64,000 nt of DNA. Origin: an uncultured Planctomycetia bacterium. GTDB taxonomy: Bacteria > Omnitrophota > Gorgyraeia > Tantalellales > Tantalellaceae. Where the stretch lies: the NCBI GenBank assembly GCA_964572255.1, contig CAZNEE010000005.1:24720-88719 (forward strand), in the 5' to 3' direction. The notes below the pieces were generated by a model. It saw only the letters and a program-made list of their open reading frames with translations, did not search any database and was not told the origin of the DNA. A program made the translations under genes and the position numbers. Positions 36,941-46,392 of this stretch are shown here, in pieces; positions within the stretch are counted from its first letter, which is position 1, and each line of letters opens with the position of its first letter.

Positions 36941-38227
36941 CTATACGACCTCTCCATCCTTCACTACAATACGGCCGTCAACCAAAAGATCAGTAACGGC
37001 GCCTTTTAATTTCCAGCCGATAAACGGCGAATTGCTTGAGCGGGATTTGATCAGTTTTTTCTCATACACCCATTCTTTTTCAGGGTCTATGATCACGACA
37101 TCCGCCGCCTTTCCTTCCTTAAGCGTACCCCCTTCACATCCAAGTATCTTCGCCGGGTTTGTCGAAAATTTTTCGATCAGCTTCGTCCAATCCAGATATT
37201 TCTCATCTATAAGCTTCATTGCTGCCAAGGGTAATGCCGTTTCAAATCCTATCATACCGAAGGGTGCATAATCAAACTCTTTTTCTTTTTCATTTTCAAG
37301 ATGGGGGGCATGATCTGTAGCGATAGCATCTATTGTCCCGTCTTTCAGCCCTTCTTTGAGCGCTTTTACATCCCCGGCTGATCTCAAGGGCGGGTTTACT
37401 TTAAGATTTGTATCATACGTTTTTAGATCTTCGTCCTTAAGCGTAAGGTGGTGAGGCGTAACTTCAGCGGTTACTTTTATTCCTTTTTTCTTTGCTTCTT
37501 TTACGAGTTCCACGCTTCCTTTTGTTGATATGTGCGCGATATGCAATCTTGCGTCCGCCAGCTCCGCAAGCTGGATGTCCCGTTTTACAATATTCATTTC
37601 CGCTTCCGCGGGTATCGGGGCCAGCCCCAATACAGTTGACCAATACCCCTCATGCATTACGCCGTTTTCCGCAAGAGCCTTATCTTCGCAATGCGAAATA
37701 ACGACCATGTCCAACATCGATGCGTACTCCAAGGCTCTGCGCATAAGCGCCGCATCGCTGACCGAATCACCGTCATCGCTGACAGCGGGACATCCTGCAT
37801 CTTTAAGTTCCGCCATTTCGGTCAATTCTTTACCTTCCCGGTTTTTAGTTATCGCGCAGATAGGGATGATTTTTCCCTTTCTGGCATCACTTGCCTTGTT
37901 CAGTAAAAATTTCACCTGAGCTTGATTATCACAAGCAGGCTCGGTGTTAGGCATGGCGGCCACATTTGTAAAGCCGCCGGCTGCGGCGGCCGTAAGCCCG
38001 GTTTCGATAGTTTCTTTATCTTCCTGGCCGGGCTCTCTTAGGTGAGCATGCATGTCGATGAACCCCGGAGCAACTATTTTTCCCTTGGCATCGATCGTCT
38101 TGTCCGCTTTCGCTTTAATGGACGGCGCTATCCGGGTTATTTTGCCTCTTTCAATAAGGATATCACTTATTTTATTTACCTTCTGTTCAGGGTCTATAAC
38201 CCGTCCGTTTTTTATTAAAATCTGCAT
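36941..38227 (-). CDS. pyrC: Dihydroorotase
   Basis: DMHAHLREPG, MPNT, KVNPPLR, TDHAPH. Confidence 0.95.
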   Translation of the reverse strand: MQILIKNGRVIDPEQKVNKISDILIERGKITRIAPSIKAKADKTIDAKGKIVAPGFIDMHAHLREPGQEDKETIETGLTAAAAGGFTNVAAMPNTEPACDNQAQVKFLLNKASDARKGKIIPICAITKNREGKELTEMAELKDAGCPAVSDDGDSVSDAALMRRALEYASMLDMVVISHCEDKALAENGVMHEGYWSTVLGLAPIPAEAEMNIVKRDIQLAELADARLHIAHISTKGSVELVKEAKKKGIKVTAEVTPHHLTLKDEDLKTYDTNLKVNPPLRSAGDVKALKEGLKDGTIDAIATDHAPHLENEKEKEFDYAPFGMIGFETALPLAAMKLIDEKYLDWTKLIEKFSTNPAKILGCEGGTLKEGKAADVVIIDPEKEWVYEKKLIKSRSSNSPFIGWKLKGAVTDLLVDGRIVVKDGEVV

Positions 38228-38319
38228 ATTTTCTCCATTTTATTTTAATTTTTAGCATATTTTTGGGAATTTATGTGTATTTTTGCCTATTTTTCTATTT
38301 TTCTCTCCATTTTGTTGTT

Positions 38320-39261
38320 TTATTCTTTAATTTGGCTCAGCAAGAATAAGACCGCCATCCGGACAGCTACGCCATTTGTGACCTGATCCAAAATCACCGA
38401 GTACTCTCCGTCAGCCACATCCTGGCTCAATTCAACTCCCCGATTTATAGGTCCCGGGTGCATGAGGACTAAGTTCTTCTTCGCGAACTTATCTAATTTT
38501 TCCTTATTGATGCCGAAGCGCTTTACATATTCCCTGATGCTTGGGAAAAGATTTTTCTTCTGCCTCTCCAATTGTATTCTCAGGACATTTATGGCATCTG
38601 CCTTCTCCAATGCTTCCCGGATATCATATGTGACTTTTACTCCCATTTTGTCTATCTGGGCCGGCATTAATGTCTTCGGCCCGCACACTGTCACCTTTGC
38701 TCCAAGTTTCTTAAGCGCCCAGATGTTGCTCCGCGCGACCCTTGAATGAGCGATATCTCCGATAATGCTTATATTCAGCCCTTCTACTTTCCCCAGTTTT
38801 CCTTTTATGGTAAACGTATCCAGAAGAGCTTGGGTAGGGTGCTCGTGTGTTCCGTCCCCCGCATTAATGACTGTCGCGTTCACCCTGCTTGACAAGAAAT
38901 GCGGCGCTCCCGAACAGGAATGTCTCATTATTATCATGTCGATCTTCATTGCTTCTATATTCCTTGCTGTATCCTTTAAGGTTTCTCCTTTAAGGAAGCT
39001 CGAGGAAGCTGTCGCTACATTCAATGTATCGGCGCTTAACCTTTTAGCAGCGAGCTCAAAAGAAGCCCTGGTCCTTGTGGACGGCTCGCAAAAAAGATTG
39101 ACTATTGTCTTTCCCCGCAGAGTCGGAACTTTCGGGATAGGCCTTTTTAATATTTCCTTGAAGTTCTCTGCCTGTTCTAAAATAAGCTCTATTTCCTCGC
39201 GCGAAAGATCCTCTATCCCCAGAAGATGTTTTTTTGTCCATTTTATTGATCTCTTCTTCAT
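38320..39261 (-). CDS. pyrB: Aspartate carbamoyltransferase catalytic subunit
   Basis: [32 protein letters not shown]. Confidence 0.96.
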   Translation of the reverse strand: MKKRSIKWTKKHLLGIEDLSREEIELILEQAENFKEILKRPIPKVPTLRGKTIVNLFCEPSTRTRASFELAAKRLSADTLNVATASSSFLKGETLKDTARNIEAMKIDMIIMRHSCSGAPHFLSSRVNATVINAGDGTHEHPTQALLDTFTIKGKLGKVEGLNISIIGDIAHSRVARSNIWALKKLGAKVTVCGPKTLMPAQIDKMGVKVTYDIREALEKADAINVLRIQLERQKKNLFPSIREYVKRFGINKEKLDKFAKKNLVLMHPGPINRGVELSQDVADGEYSVILDQVTNGVAVRMAVLFLLSQIKE

Positions 39262-39815
39262 GCCTGCTTCTTCTCCTCTATGACAACTACTTCTTCAGCT
39301 CCATCGGATTCTTTAAGCCTTACTTCCACGCTCTCTTTTGTTGCCGTGGGAACGTTCTTCCCCACAAAATCCGGCCTTATGGGCAGCTCTCTGTGCCCTC
39401 TGTCTATAAGAACGGCCAGCTGAATGCATGCCGGCCTCCCGAAATCTATTAATTCATCAAGAGCGCATCTTACTGTCCTTCCCGTATACAGCACATCGTC
39501 AACAAGAACTATTCTTTTTCCGGTTATATCAAAATCGATTTCCGTAGAATGAACTATCGGCTGCTGGGCGACTTCCGTGAGATCGTCCCTGTATAAGGTG
39601 ATATCAACCGCCCCGACCGGGATCTCGCTTCCCACTACATTCTTAAGCTTTTGCGCTATCCTTTCGGCAAGATACGCGCCTCTATGCTTTATCCCGATTA
39701 TTGCGAGATTTTTTATTTCTTCCTTATTGTTCTCAAAGATTTCATGCGCTATTCTTTGAAGTGTCTTTGCTATTCCTTCTTTGTCCAAAATTTTTGCTTT
39801 TTCCTTAAATGCCAT
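39258..39815 (-). CDS. pyrR: Pyrimidine operon attenuation protein / UPRTase
   Basis: [33 protein letters not shown]. Confidence 0.96.
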   Translation of the reverse strand: MAFKEKAKILDKEGIAKTLQRIAHEIFENNKEEIKNLAIIGIKHRGAYLAERIAQKLKNVVGSEIPVGAVDITLYRDDLTEVAQQPIVHSTEIDFDITGKRIVLVDDVLYTGRTVRCALDELIDFGRPACIQLAVLIDRGHRELPIRPDFVGKNVPTATKESVEVRLKESDGAEEVVVIEEKKQA

Positions 39816-39847
39816 TTTGTACCATCCTGATTCCTCCTTGCGGATAT

Positions 39848-39882
39848 AAAAAAAGCCTCCCCGTCACACGACAGGCAGGCTT
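39848..39882 (-). terminator. Attenuator terminator of the pyr leader
   Basis: AAGCCTGCCTGTC-GTGT-GACGGGGAGGCTTTTTTT. Confidence 0.8.
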
Positions 39883-39914
39883 CCTATATAAAGCTATATT
39901 ATTCACCATCTTCT

Positions 39915-39947
39915 CCTTTTCCGGCCTCACAGGACCGGTTTAAAAGG
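39915..39947 (-). promoter_or_regulatory. PyrR-binding RNA element
   Basis: CCTTTTAAACCGGTCCTGTGAGGCCGGAAAAGG matches the CUUUAA...GUCCNGNGAGGC PyrR stem-loop and lies upstream of a terminator and pyrR. Confidence 0.88.
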
Positions 39948-39970
39948 TGCTTTTCTTTCTATAGATGGTA

Positions 39971-40834
39971 CTAGTTTAGCTCGGATTTGTCAAGCATATT
40001 ATTCCCCAGCATTAATCCCAAGAGTCTCTGCAGATCATCGTTGGAATAATATTGTATTTCGATGCGCCCTCTCTTTTTCCCCTGTTGTATATTAACCTTG
40101 GTCCCGAAATAATGCTGAAGCTGCTCTTCCAAATGCGCGATTTCCGGGTCTTTTTGTTTTTTTGATTTAACCCGAATATCCTGCGATTGTTTTGCCCGAT
40201 GTTCCGCTTCTCTTACTGAGAACCCTTTTTTTACGATATCTTCGGCTAATCTGCGGCGGCGTCTTTCATTCGCTATGGACAAAAGGGCCTTTGCGTGCCC
40301 GGTAGTTATCGTGCCGTCCTGTAAATATGCCTGGATCTCATCCGGCAAATTCAGGAGCCTCATGCTGTTAGAGACCGTTGTTTTATCTTTTCCTACCATC
40401 TGGCTTACTTTGTCCAGCGTATATTCAAATTTACTTATGAGCTCCTGATATGCGTTAGCTTCTTCTATCGGGTTTAATTCGTCCCTTTGGATGTTCTCAA
40501 TCAAGGATATTTCAAGACTGCTGGCATCGCTTATATCCTTCATTATGATCGCCGGGATCTCTTCAACTTTTAATTCCTGCGCCGCTCTCCACCTTCTTTC
40601 TCCCGCGATAATTTCATACCCCTTATCGCTTGGCCTTACAAGGATCGGCTGGATAACTCCTTTTTCCTGGATCGAACTTAAAAGCTCCTCCATTTTCCCC
40701 TGTTTGAACGTTTTTCTTGGCTGGAATTTATTTGGGCTTATCTCCGCAACTTTGATCTTGTCTATCTTTCCTCTTTCCTTATTCGGATTGTCCGGGATTA
40801 ACGCATCCAAGCCCTTTCCTAATCTCTTATCCAT
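39971..40834 (-). CDS. parB: Chromosome partitioning protein ParB/Spo0J
   Basis: LGKGLDALI, QPR, IAGERRWRA, LIENIQR, HTH, GHAKALL. Confidence 0.96.
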   Translation of the reverse strand: MDKRLGKGLDALIPDNPNKERGKIDKIKVAEISPNKFQPRKTFKQGKMEELLSSIQEKGVIQPILVRPSDKGYEIIAGERRWRAAQELKVEEIPAIIMKDISDASSLEISLIENIQRDELNPIEEANAYQELISKFEYTLDKVSQMVGKDKTTVSNSMRLLNLPDEIQAYLQDGTITTGHAKALLSIANERRRRRLAEDIVKKGFSVREAEHRAKQSQDIRVKSKKQKDPEIAHLEEQLQHYFGTKVNIQQGKKRGRIEIQYYSNDDLQRLLGLMLGNNMLDKSELN

Positions 40835-42497
40835 TTTTTCTCTCCTTATTTGTTGAGTTTTCTGTTATTGTTTGAACGTCATCTATTATTTCAACCTTTT
40901 CAACATCCCACAAGATAAAGCGGATAGGTTCTCCCTTTATCCGGGAAACATGATCAGAGTACGGGTCAGACCGGTATGCCTCGCCTGCTGGGGTTACTTT
41001 TATTGCACCGCCCGGGAGGCCATATAAACGTGCTGGTAATTTTATGATTCGCACGCCCTCGCGGTAAATCGTTTCATAGTCTGCAATATGCGTGATGCCG
41101 CATTTGCGCAAATATTCTGTTAGCTTATGATTTTTCAGGGCCATTTGATATTCGTAGCCATTGATCACTCCGTCTAAATTTATTGTTGTTCGCCCGCAAA
41201 AATATCCGAACAGTCCGCAATCATGCATCCCAATTACCGCATTTTCAGGCAGGCTGGTTCGCGCCCAAGCTGCTGCTTTGTGCCAGTTTTTGTTGCGTTC
41301 TCCCCGCATAAATGAATCAAAATATAGGCCGCAAAAAGAGAACGTTAAAACTATCGCCACGGCACCCGCGAAAACACGCAGCGAATAATTGGTCATCAGA
41401 TGTATTCTGGCAAAAACAAGCCCGGCTGATAAAATAGCAACGGGCCCATACGCTGCATAGTGCCACCACTGAACTCCCCAATTCATAAAGAAGAGCGTAT
41501 ATAAAAAATGAATTATGGACCCGACCCACAATGCCAACAAAATGTCATTTCTGCTTCCTATACTAAGAGTCGCCTGCTCTGGCTTCTGTTCATCAAGTTG
41601 GTTCTTAGACGCTATTGTCCGGATAATAATAGCGGATGAAAATATTATTTCAGCTAAAGCCAATATTTTAGAGTAATGCATTACCTCGCTAATATGACCA
41701 AGCGAAATTGTTGGAAAAGTGGTTTTTATCGCGCCGCTGATCGGCATAATGTGCCCAAAAGCGCTGTAATTCCAATAAAAGTATGGCAAGCAGAAAAAGA
41801 CCAAAACCATGCCTGTTTGAAAAAGCTTTATCCCCAGCTGTCTCACTTTATTCGCATCATCAAAACTAATAACGGCACGTACTATTACCAGTCCCAAGAC
41901 AGACAGGACAATAAATATTGTATCAAGCCGACACAAGAATATCAGCGCAAGTACCGTCCCCAAAAGAATATTTTTGGAAAACCCGCTGCGCAATGACAAA
42001 AGGTCTTTTTGCTGACACAAATAAATCATTGCAAATAAAAGCAGTATTAGCAGTCCCGTTTCAAGCCCATTGACTAACGGGTTTAAAAACAAAGGGAAAA
42101 AAAGCAATGATATTCCTATAATTGCCGCCTTCCGCCCCGCCAGACCCGTACCTGCCCGATACGCCGCCCAAAAGCTTCCTCCAGCGATCAGCGTTCCAAG
42201 ACACAAAACCGCTCTTGTAGCAATTTCAATGTTCCCGCGAAATATGAAAAATACTGGTATCAATATTCCCATCCACAATGGATGAAACCCGTTGGTTTGA
42301 TTAATGCCATCAAATGTCATGCCATTTCCGCTCACAATGTTGTGAGCAACTTGGTAATAATAAAATGCGTCATCGCTTACGCGGAATGTTAGATCAGTTA
42401 ATGTTGCGGTACAGCTTAAAAATATTCGCCCTGCTGTCAGCAAAACAAGTATCAGCGCCACCCATCTGTCAAGCTGTTGGTTCTTGTCCAAAAACAT
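40827..42497 (-). CDS. Polytopic membrane protein, GT-C-fold glycosyltransferase-like
   Basis: DDAFYY after TM1, TNGFHPLW, GLET, RLD, more than 10 hydrophobic segments, C-terminal NLDGVIN. Confidence 0.65.
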   Translation of the reverse strand: MFLDKNQQLDRWVALILVLLTAGRIFLSCTATLTDLTFRVSDDAFYYYQVAHNIVSGNGMTFDGINQTNGFHPLWMGILIPVFFIFRGNIEIATRAVLCLGTLIAGGSFWAAYRAGTGLAGRKAAIIGISLLFFPLFLNPLVNGLETGLLILLLFAMIYLCQQKDLLSLRSGFSKNILLGTVLALIFLCRLDTIFIVLSVLGLVIVRAVISFDDANKVRQLGIKLFQTGMVLVFFCLPYFYWNYSAFGHIMPISGAIKTTFPTISLGHISEVMHYSKILALAEIIFSSAIIIRTIASKNQLDEQKPEQATLSIGSRNDILLALWVGSIIHFLYTLFFMNWGVQWWHYAAYGPVAILSAGLVFARIHLMTNYSLRVFAGAVAIVLTFSFCGLYFDSFMRGERNKNWHKAAAWARTSLPENAVIGMHDCGLFGYFCGRTTINLDGVINGYEYQMALKNHKLTEYLRKCGITHIADYETIYREGVRIIKLPARLYGLPGGAIKVTPAGEAYRSDPYSDHVSRIKGEPIRFILWDVEKVEIIDDVQTITENSTNKERKNG

Positions 42498-43320
42498 CCC
42501 TCATTTCTTCTCCGTTTATTTGTGTAACTTCTTTATTTGCGGCTACTTGTGTCTCTGGCTTTAGGGGGACCCCTAGAACTTCACAGGACAATTCATCATA
42601 CTTTTTAGCGCCGATTGAAAATTCATCATAAAGAGCTATCGGCTTACCGAATCCCGGAGCCTCTGTAAGCTTGACAGCTCTTGGAATAACCGTATCGTAT
42701 ACCTTGTCGCCAAAATGGCTCTTTACTTCATGGATAACTTCTTTTGTCAGATTGGTCCTGTAATCGGCCATTGTCATCAAAACGCCTTCAATTTGTAATT
42801 TGTTGTTTAAGTTTTCTTGTATCAGCTTAACCGTGTTCATTAACTGCCCCAATCCTTCAAGGGCGTAATATTCGCATTGTATCGGGATAAGCGCTGAATC
42901 TGCCGCGGTGAGGCCATTAATTGTCAATAGCCCTAAAGACGGAGGACAATCGATCATAATAAAGTCAAAAGCGTTTTTCATTTCTTCCAAGGCTTTTTTT
43001 AGGCGGTATTCTCTCCCCATGACATTTACTAACTCAACTTCCGCTCCTGTAAGGTTAATATTTGATGGGACTAAAAACAAGTTCTCGACTTGAGTCTCCT
43101 TGATGGCTTGGTCTAAGCCGACATGTTCGTGCAGCACGTTATAGATGCTGTTTTCGATCTCTTTTTTATTAATGCCCAGGCCGCTCGTAGCATTGGCTTG
43201 CGGGTCAAGATCGATAAGAAGTGTTCTTTTGCCTTTTAACGCAAGGTAAGCAGAAAGATTGATGGCAGTGGTGGTTTTTGCAACACCGCCTTTTTGGTTA
43301 CATATCGCTATTTTTTTCAT
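42469..43320 (-). CDS. parA: Chromosome partitioning ATPase ParA/Soj
   Basis: NQKGGVAKTT, DLDPQANAT, DCPPSLG, QCEYYALEG, EAPGFG. Confidence 0.96.
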   Translation of the reverse strand: MKKIAICNQKGGVAKTTTAINLSAYLALKGKRTLLIDLDPQANATSGLGINKKEIENSIYNVLHEHVGLDQAIKETQVENLFLVPSNINLTGAEVELVNVMGREYRLKKALEEMKNAFDFIMIDCPPSLGLLTINGLTAADSALIPIQCEYYALEGLGQLMNTVKLIQENLNNKLQIEGVLMTMADYRTNLTKEVIHEVKSHFGDKVYDTVIPRAVKLTEAPGFGKPIALYDEFSIGAKKYDELSCEVLGVPLKPETQVAANKEVTQINGEEMRDVFGQEPTA

Positions 43321-43466
43321 GTGAATTCCTTTTGTTTTTAGGTAGGGTTTTCGCTGTGCGCTCTAATCTCTATGATAGCGGAATTGCCTAATCGTAACAG
43401 CTGGCAATTTCGCTGCACTAACTAATGGCTCTTGGACGCGGAATGTCCGCAATAGAATAGCTAGAC

Positions 43467-43482
43467 ATTTCCACGTGGAACT
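43467..43482. promoter_or_regulatory. parS site 1
   Basis: ATTTCCACGTGGAACT versus consensus TGTTNCACGTGAAACA; upstream of parA. Confidence 0.8.
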
Positions 43483-43502
43483 ACAAATACTCTTTTGTAG
43501 AA

Positions 43503-43530
43503 AATATAGCACACAAATTGCCAAAGTCAA
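43503..43530 (-). promoter_or_regulatory. Putative parA promoter
   Basis: TTGACT-16 nt-TATATT with extended TG. Confidence 0.5.
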
Positions 43531-43559
43531 GTTTTTGGAGAAAATTTTTTCAGAGGTAC

Positions 43560-43575
43560 GTTTCCACGTGGAAAT
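43560..43575. promoter_or_regulatory. parS site 2
   Basis: GTTTCCACGTGGAAAT with a 14-bp perfect palindromic core. Confidence 0.82.
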
Positions 43576-43581
43576 GGGGGA

Positions 43582-43779
43582 TTACTGCTTCGCTTTAAGG
43601 GAAACTTTTATTCTGGCTGGCGTTGCGCCTTTCATGCCGAAAAGACCTTTATATTCTTCCTTTAAAACCTCGATCTTGACGTCTTCTTTATGTGCATGAA
43701 GAGTTTTAAGCGCTTTTCGTATCGCTTCTTCGATAGTCGTTCCTTCAACTTCTATTGTTTTAATTGTTTTTCCGCTCAT
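43582..43779 (-). CDS. Standalone Jag N-terminal domain protein
   Basis: EVEGTTIEEAI..AL, EVL.E..KGLFG...ARIKV; canonical jag position after yidC. Confidence 0.85.
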   Translation of the reverse strand: MSGKTIKTIEVEGTTIEEAIRKALKTLHAHKEDVKIEVLKEEYKGLFGMKGATPARIKVSLKAKQ

Positions 43780-43780
43780 A

Positions 43781-45388
43781 CTAAGAAACTTGTAGTCGTT
43801 TGTTCAGAAAGCCTTGTTCAACAGTCATTAAAATAGTGTTCGTCAGCCAGTATAATACCAGTCCTGACGGCATATTATAAAATAAAAATCCGAAAAAGAT
43901 GGGGAAGATAGTCATCATCATTTTTTGTTGTGAAGCCTGTTCTGCAGTCATGGCTTCTGTTGCCCCTTGAGAGATCTTCTGCTGGAGGACCATTACTCCC
44001 ACCATCAAAAGCGGTAAAATATTTATATGCGCTCCTATTATAGGCAAAGTCACCGGCAAGCTTACAGCGTCCGGCCTTGCCAGGTCTTTGATCCACAAGA
44101 AGTTAGCTCCTTTTAACTCGATCGATCTTATCAGGCCTTGATACAACGCTATAAATATTGGCATCTGCAAAAGCAGCGGCAAACACCCTCCGAATGGGTT
44201 AACGTTATATTTTTTGTAAAGCTCCATGGTTTCTTTGTTCATTTTCTGAGGATTATCTTTGTGGATCTCTTTAAGCTTTTGCATGTGAGGCTGCAGCTTT
44301 TTCATCTGCTGCATTGATACAAAGCTCTTTTTTGTGAGAGGGAAGAGTATTGCATTTATAACTATCGTCAGCAAAATAATTGCTATGCCCCAATTTTTTG
44401 TTCCCTTTTCAAAAAACCGTAAAACAGACAATAGCGCTTTGCTGACTCCTCCAAAAAAACCATAATTAATAATATTTTTCATGTCTTGTCCGACATGCTC
44501 TATTCTTTGTTCGTTTAATGGTCCTGCATACATTATATATGACTGTTCTATTGTTCTTGCTGCTCCAACCCTCAATATTTGGCTATTAAGCGCTGTGAAC
44601 AGTTCTCCGTTGGCTTGCCTTACTACAACGGACTTGACCGGCTGCAATGGTTTAAGGATAGCTGCAAAATAGCGGCTCTTTAATGCTGTCCACGAAACAT
44701 TGCCCATTCTTTCTTTGGCCGCCTTTGCGGAGCTATCTTTCACGACTTTATCATCGATCATTGAGTCTGCCTCTAAAAACCGTCTTCCCATGATTTTGCT
44801 GGATTGTTGTATCCCCGACGGGCCTATCATCTGATATGAAAAGGTCTGTTCCCCGGCAGAGAGGTTCTTGAATGAAACAGTTAAGTCTATGTAATCAAAA
44901 GTGTTATAAAAATTAAATCTTTTCACGATTTCAGCCCGGCCAGGATCTGAAAAACTATATTCTATATATCCTTTGCCTCTATTAACTTTGTAACGGCTAT
45001 TCCCGAGTCCGGGGATAAGGTCGCTTTGTATCGAAAAAGGTCTTATTTGAGGGTTATCTTCTCTTAAAAGGGTTTCTTCTCCGCCGTCATCCTCATATTC
45101 TTTGAGGCTTATCTCTTTAATGGTCCCGCCTATGTCAGAAAATACAATAGTATACTTTTCTGTTTCGATAACCGCTTCATTTTCATCTAAAGATTCTGCC
45201 GTTTGCTGCGTTAAAGAGACCCCGGAAGGAAGCGCAGGCGGAATTTCTTCTCGGGCCTGTTCTGCTTGTTGTGCCGGAACGATAGCCGCAACGGGCTGTG
45301 TTTTTGTGGCAGTTCCTTTAAAAAAATGCTGGAACCCGATAAGTATTAACGCTGATAGGACTAGCGCTGTTATCATTCGTTTTTCCAT
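43781..45388 (-). CDS. yidC: Membrane protein insertase YidC
   Basis: Periplasmic domain, NWGIAII, NPFGGCLP, QMPIF, PSGLVLYW. Confidence 0.95.
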   Translation of the reverse strand: MEKRMITALVLSALILIGFQHFFKGTATKTQPVAAIVPAQQAEQAREEIPPALPSGVSLTQQTAESLDENEAVIETEKYTIVFSDIGGTIKEISLKEYEDDGGEETLLREDNPQIRPFSIQSDLIPGLGNSRYKVNRGKGYIEYSFSDPGRAEIVKRFNFYNTFDYIDLTVSFKNLSAGEQTFSYQMIGPSGIQQSSKIMGRRFLEADSMIDDKVVKDSSAKAAKERMGNVSWTALKSRYFAAILKPLQPVKSVVVRQANGELFTALNSQILRVGAARTIEQSYIMYAGPLNEQRIEHVGQDMKNIINYGFFGGVSKALLSVLRFFEKGTKNWGIAIILLTIVINAILFPLTKKSFVSMQQMKKLQPHMQKLKEIHKDNPQKMNKETMELYKKYNVNPFGGCLPLLLQMPIFIALYQGLIRSIELKGANFLWIKDLARPDAVSLPVTLPIIGAHINILPLLMVGVMVLQQKISQGATEAMTAEQASQQKMMMTIFPIFFGFLFYNMPSGLVLYWLTNTILMTVEQGFLNKRLQVS

Positions 45389-45433
45389 ATTCTTTCCTTA
45401 GTTGTTTGCTTTCTGCGAAAAATTCCGCTCAGT

Positions 45434-45649
45434 TTATTTTTTAATTACCGGATCATACCCTCCGCGCGAAAAAGGATTACACCTTACAACTCTCCAAACA
45501 GCCTTAATGCTCCCCCTTAAAAAGCCATGCTCGTTTATTGCCTCTTGGGCATACTCTGAACAGGTAGGGGAAAATCTACAACTCTTTGCAAGATAAGGAC
45601 TTATGAGTTTTTTGTACCACTTTATCGCCCAAATCGCTGCTTGTTTCAT
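45434..45649 (-). CDS. yidD: Membrane protein insertion efficiency factor
   Basis: CRFSPTCSEY, RCNPF..GGYDPV. Confidence 0.93.
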   Translation of the reverse strand: MKQAAIWAIKWYKKLISPYLAKSCRFSPTCSEYAQEAINEHGFLRGSIKAVWRVVRCNPFSRGGYDPVIKK

Positions 45650-46005
45650 CGCGCAATTATCCTTAATTCCTTTGAAAGTTTTGTAAGTTCTTTTCTTACT
45701 TTAGCTGATAGTTCCCGTTTTGCTTCTTTTTCTAAATCGCGGGTTATCCTTACAACAATCATTGCCCCGGGGCTGTAAAGTTCCTTATTTGTACGGAAAT
45801 GCTCGTAAATAACCCGGCGGATATAATTGCGAAGAACGGCCTTGGAGACAAATTTTTTTGTTGCTATAATCCCTACTTTTACTAGATCCTGTTCTTTTTC
45901 TCCAGCTCGTCTCGTATGTAATGAAATTATCGAGCTTCTTTTTCTCGTTTTGCCATCAAGAACATAGGCAAACTCTTCTCTTTTCCTTAGATGCCTTATC
46001 TTCAC
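45646..46005 (-). CDS. rnpA: Ribonuclease P protein component
   Basis: LRKREEF, KK...KAVLRNYIRR (RNR-like motif); synteny. Confidence 0.85.
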   Translation of the reverse strand: MKIRHLRKREEFAYVLDGKTRKRSSIISLHTRRAGEKEQDLVKVGIIATKKFVSKAVLRNYIRRVIYEHFRTNKELYSPGAMIVVRITRDLEKEAKRELSAKVRKELTKLSKELRIIAR

Positions 46006-46139
46006 GCGGAAAGAACTTTTTTTCCTTTTTTCCTTCTTCGGCTTAAAACCGCTTTCCCCGAGCTTGTCTGGCTTCTTTTTCGGAACCCGTGTTTCCTTTT
46101 CCTCTTAAGATTTGACTTGGCTTTGAGATTCTTTTTCAC
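46002..46139 (-). CDS. rpmH: 50S ribosomal protein bL34
   Basis: Hand-translated from GTG: MKKNLKAKSNLKRKRKHGFRKRSQTSSGKAVLSRRRKKGKKVLSA; SD GGAAGGAG. Confidence 0.95.
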   Translation of the reverse strand: MKKNLKAKSNLKRKRKHGFRKRSQTSSGKAVLSRRRKKGKKVLSA

Positions 46140-46184
46140 CAGATTACTCCTTCCTTAACCATAATATAAAAAATGAGATTTATG

Positions 46185-46212
46185 ATTATAGCATACAGCT
46201 TGTCTAAGTCAA
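46185..46212 (-). promoter_or_regulatory. rpmH promoter
   Basis: TTGACT-16 nt-TATAAT with extended TG. Confidence 0.7.
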
Positions 46213-46233
46213 GGAGTTTAATGAAATTTTTGC

Positions 46234-46262
46234 TTGCATTGCTCGGGGTGAAAAGTTATAAT
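46234..46262 (+). promoter_or_regulatory. dnaA promoter
   Basis: TTGCAT-17 nt-TATAAT. Confidence 0.7.
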
Positions 46263-46306
46263 TAGTTCCAGCATTAAAAGCATCTCTTGATTTAGCAAAT
46301 CAAGGC

Positions 46307-46315
46307 TGTGGATAA
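46307..46315. promoter_or_regulatory. DnaA box in the dnaA leader
   Basis: TGTGGATAA, the exact reverse complement of TTATCCACA. Confidence 0.8.
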
Positions 46316-46392
46316 TCTGTTGATAGCTTGTTTTCTTCTTTTTGACAACTGCATTGTTTCTGTTAATGGTTTTTAACAAACTTTGAGCATAT

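Noticed and set aside
38228-38319. T-rich pyrB-pyrC spacer with repeated ATTTTT units and a tiny MERKIEK ORF
   Set aside because: Low complexity with irregular spacing; no second PyrR loop or stable hairpin, so no function can be supported.
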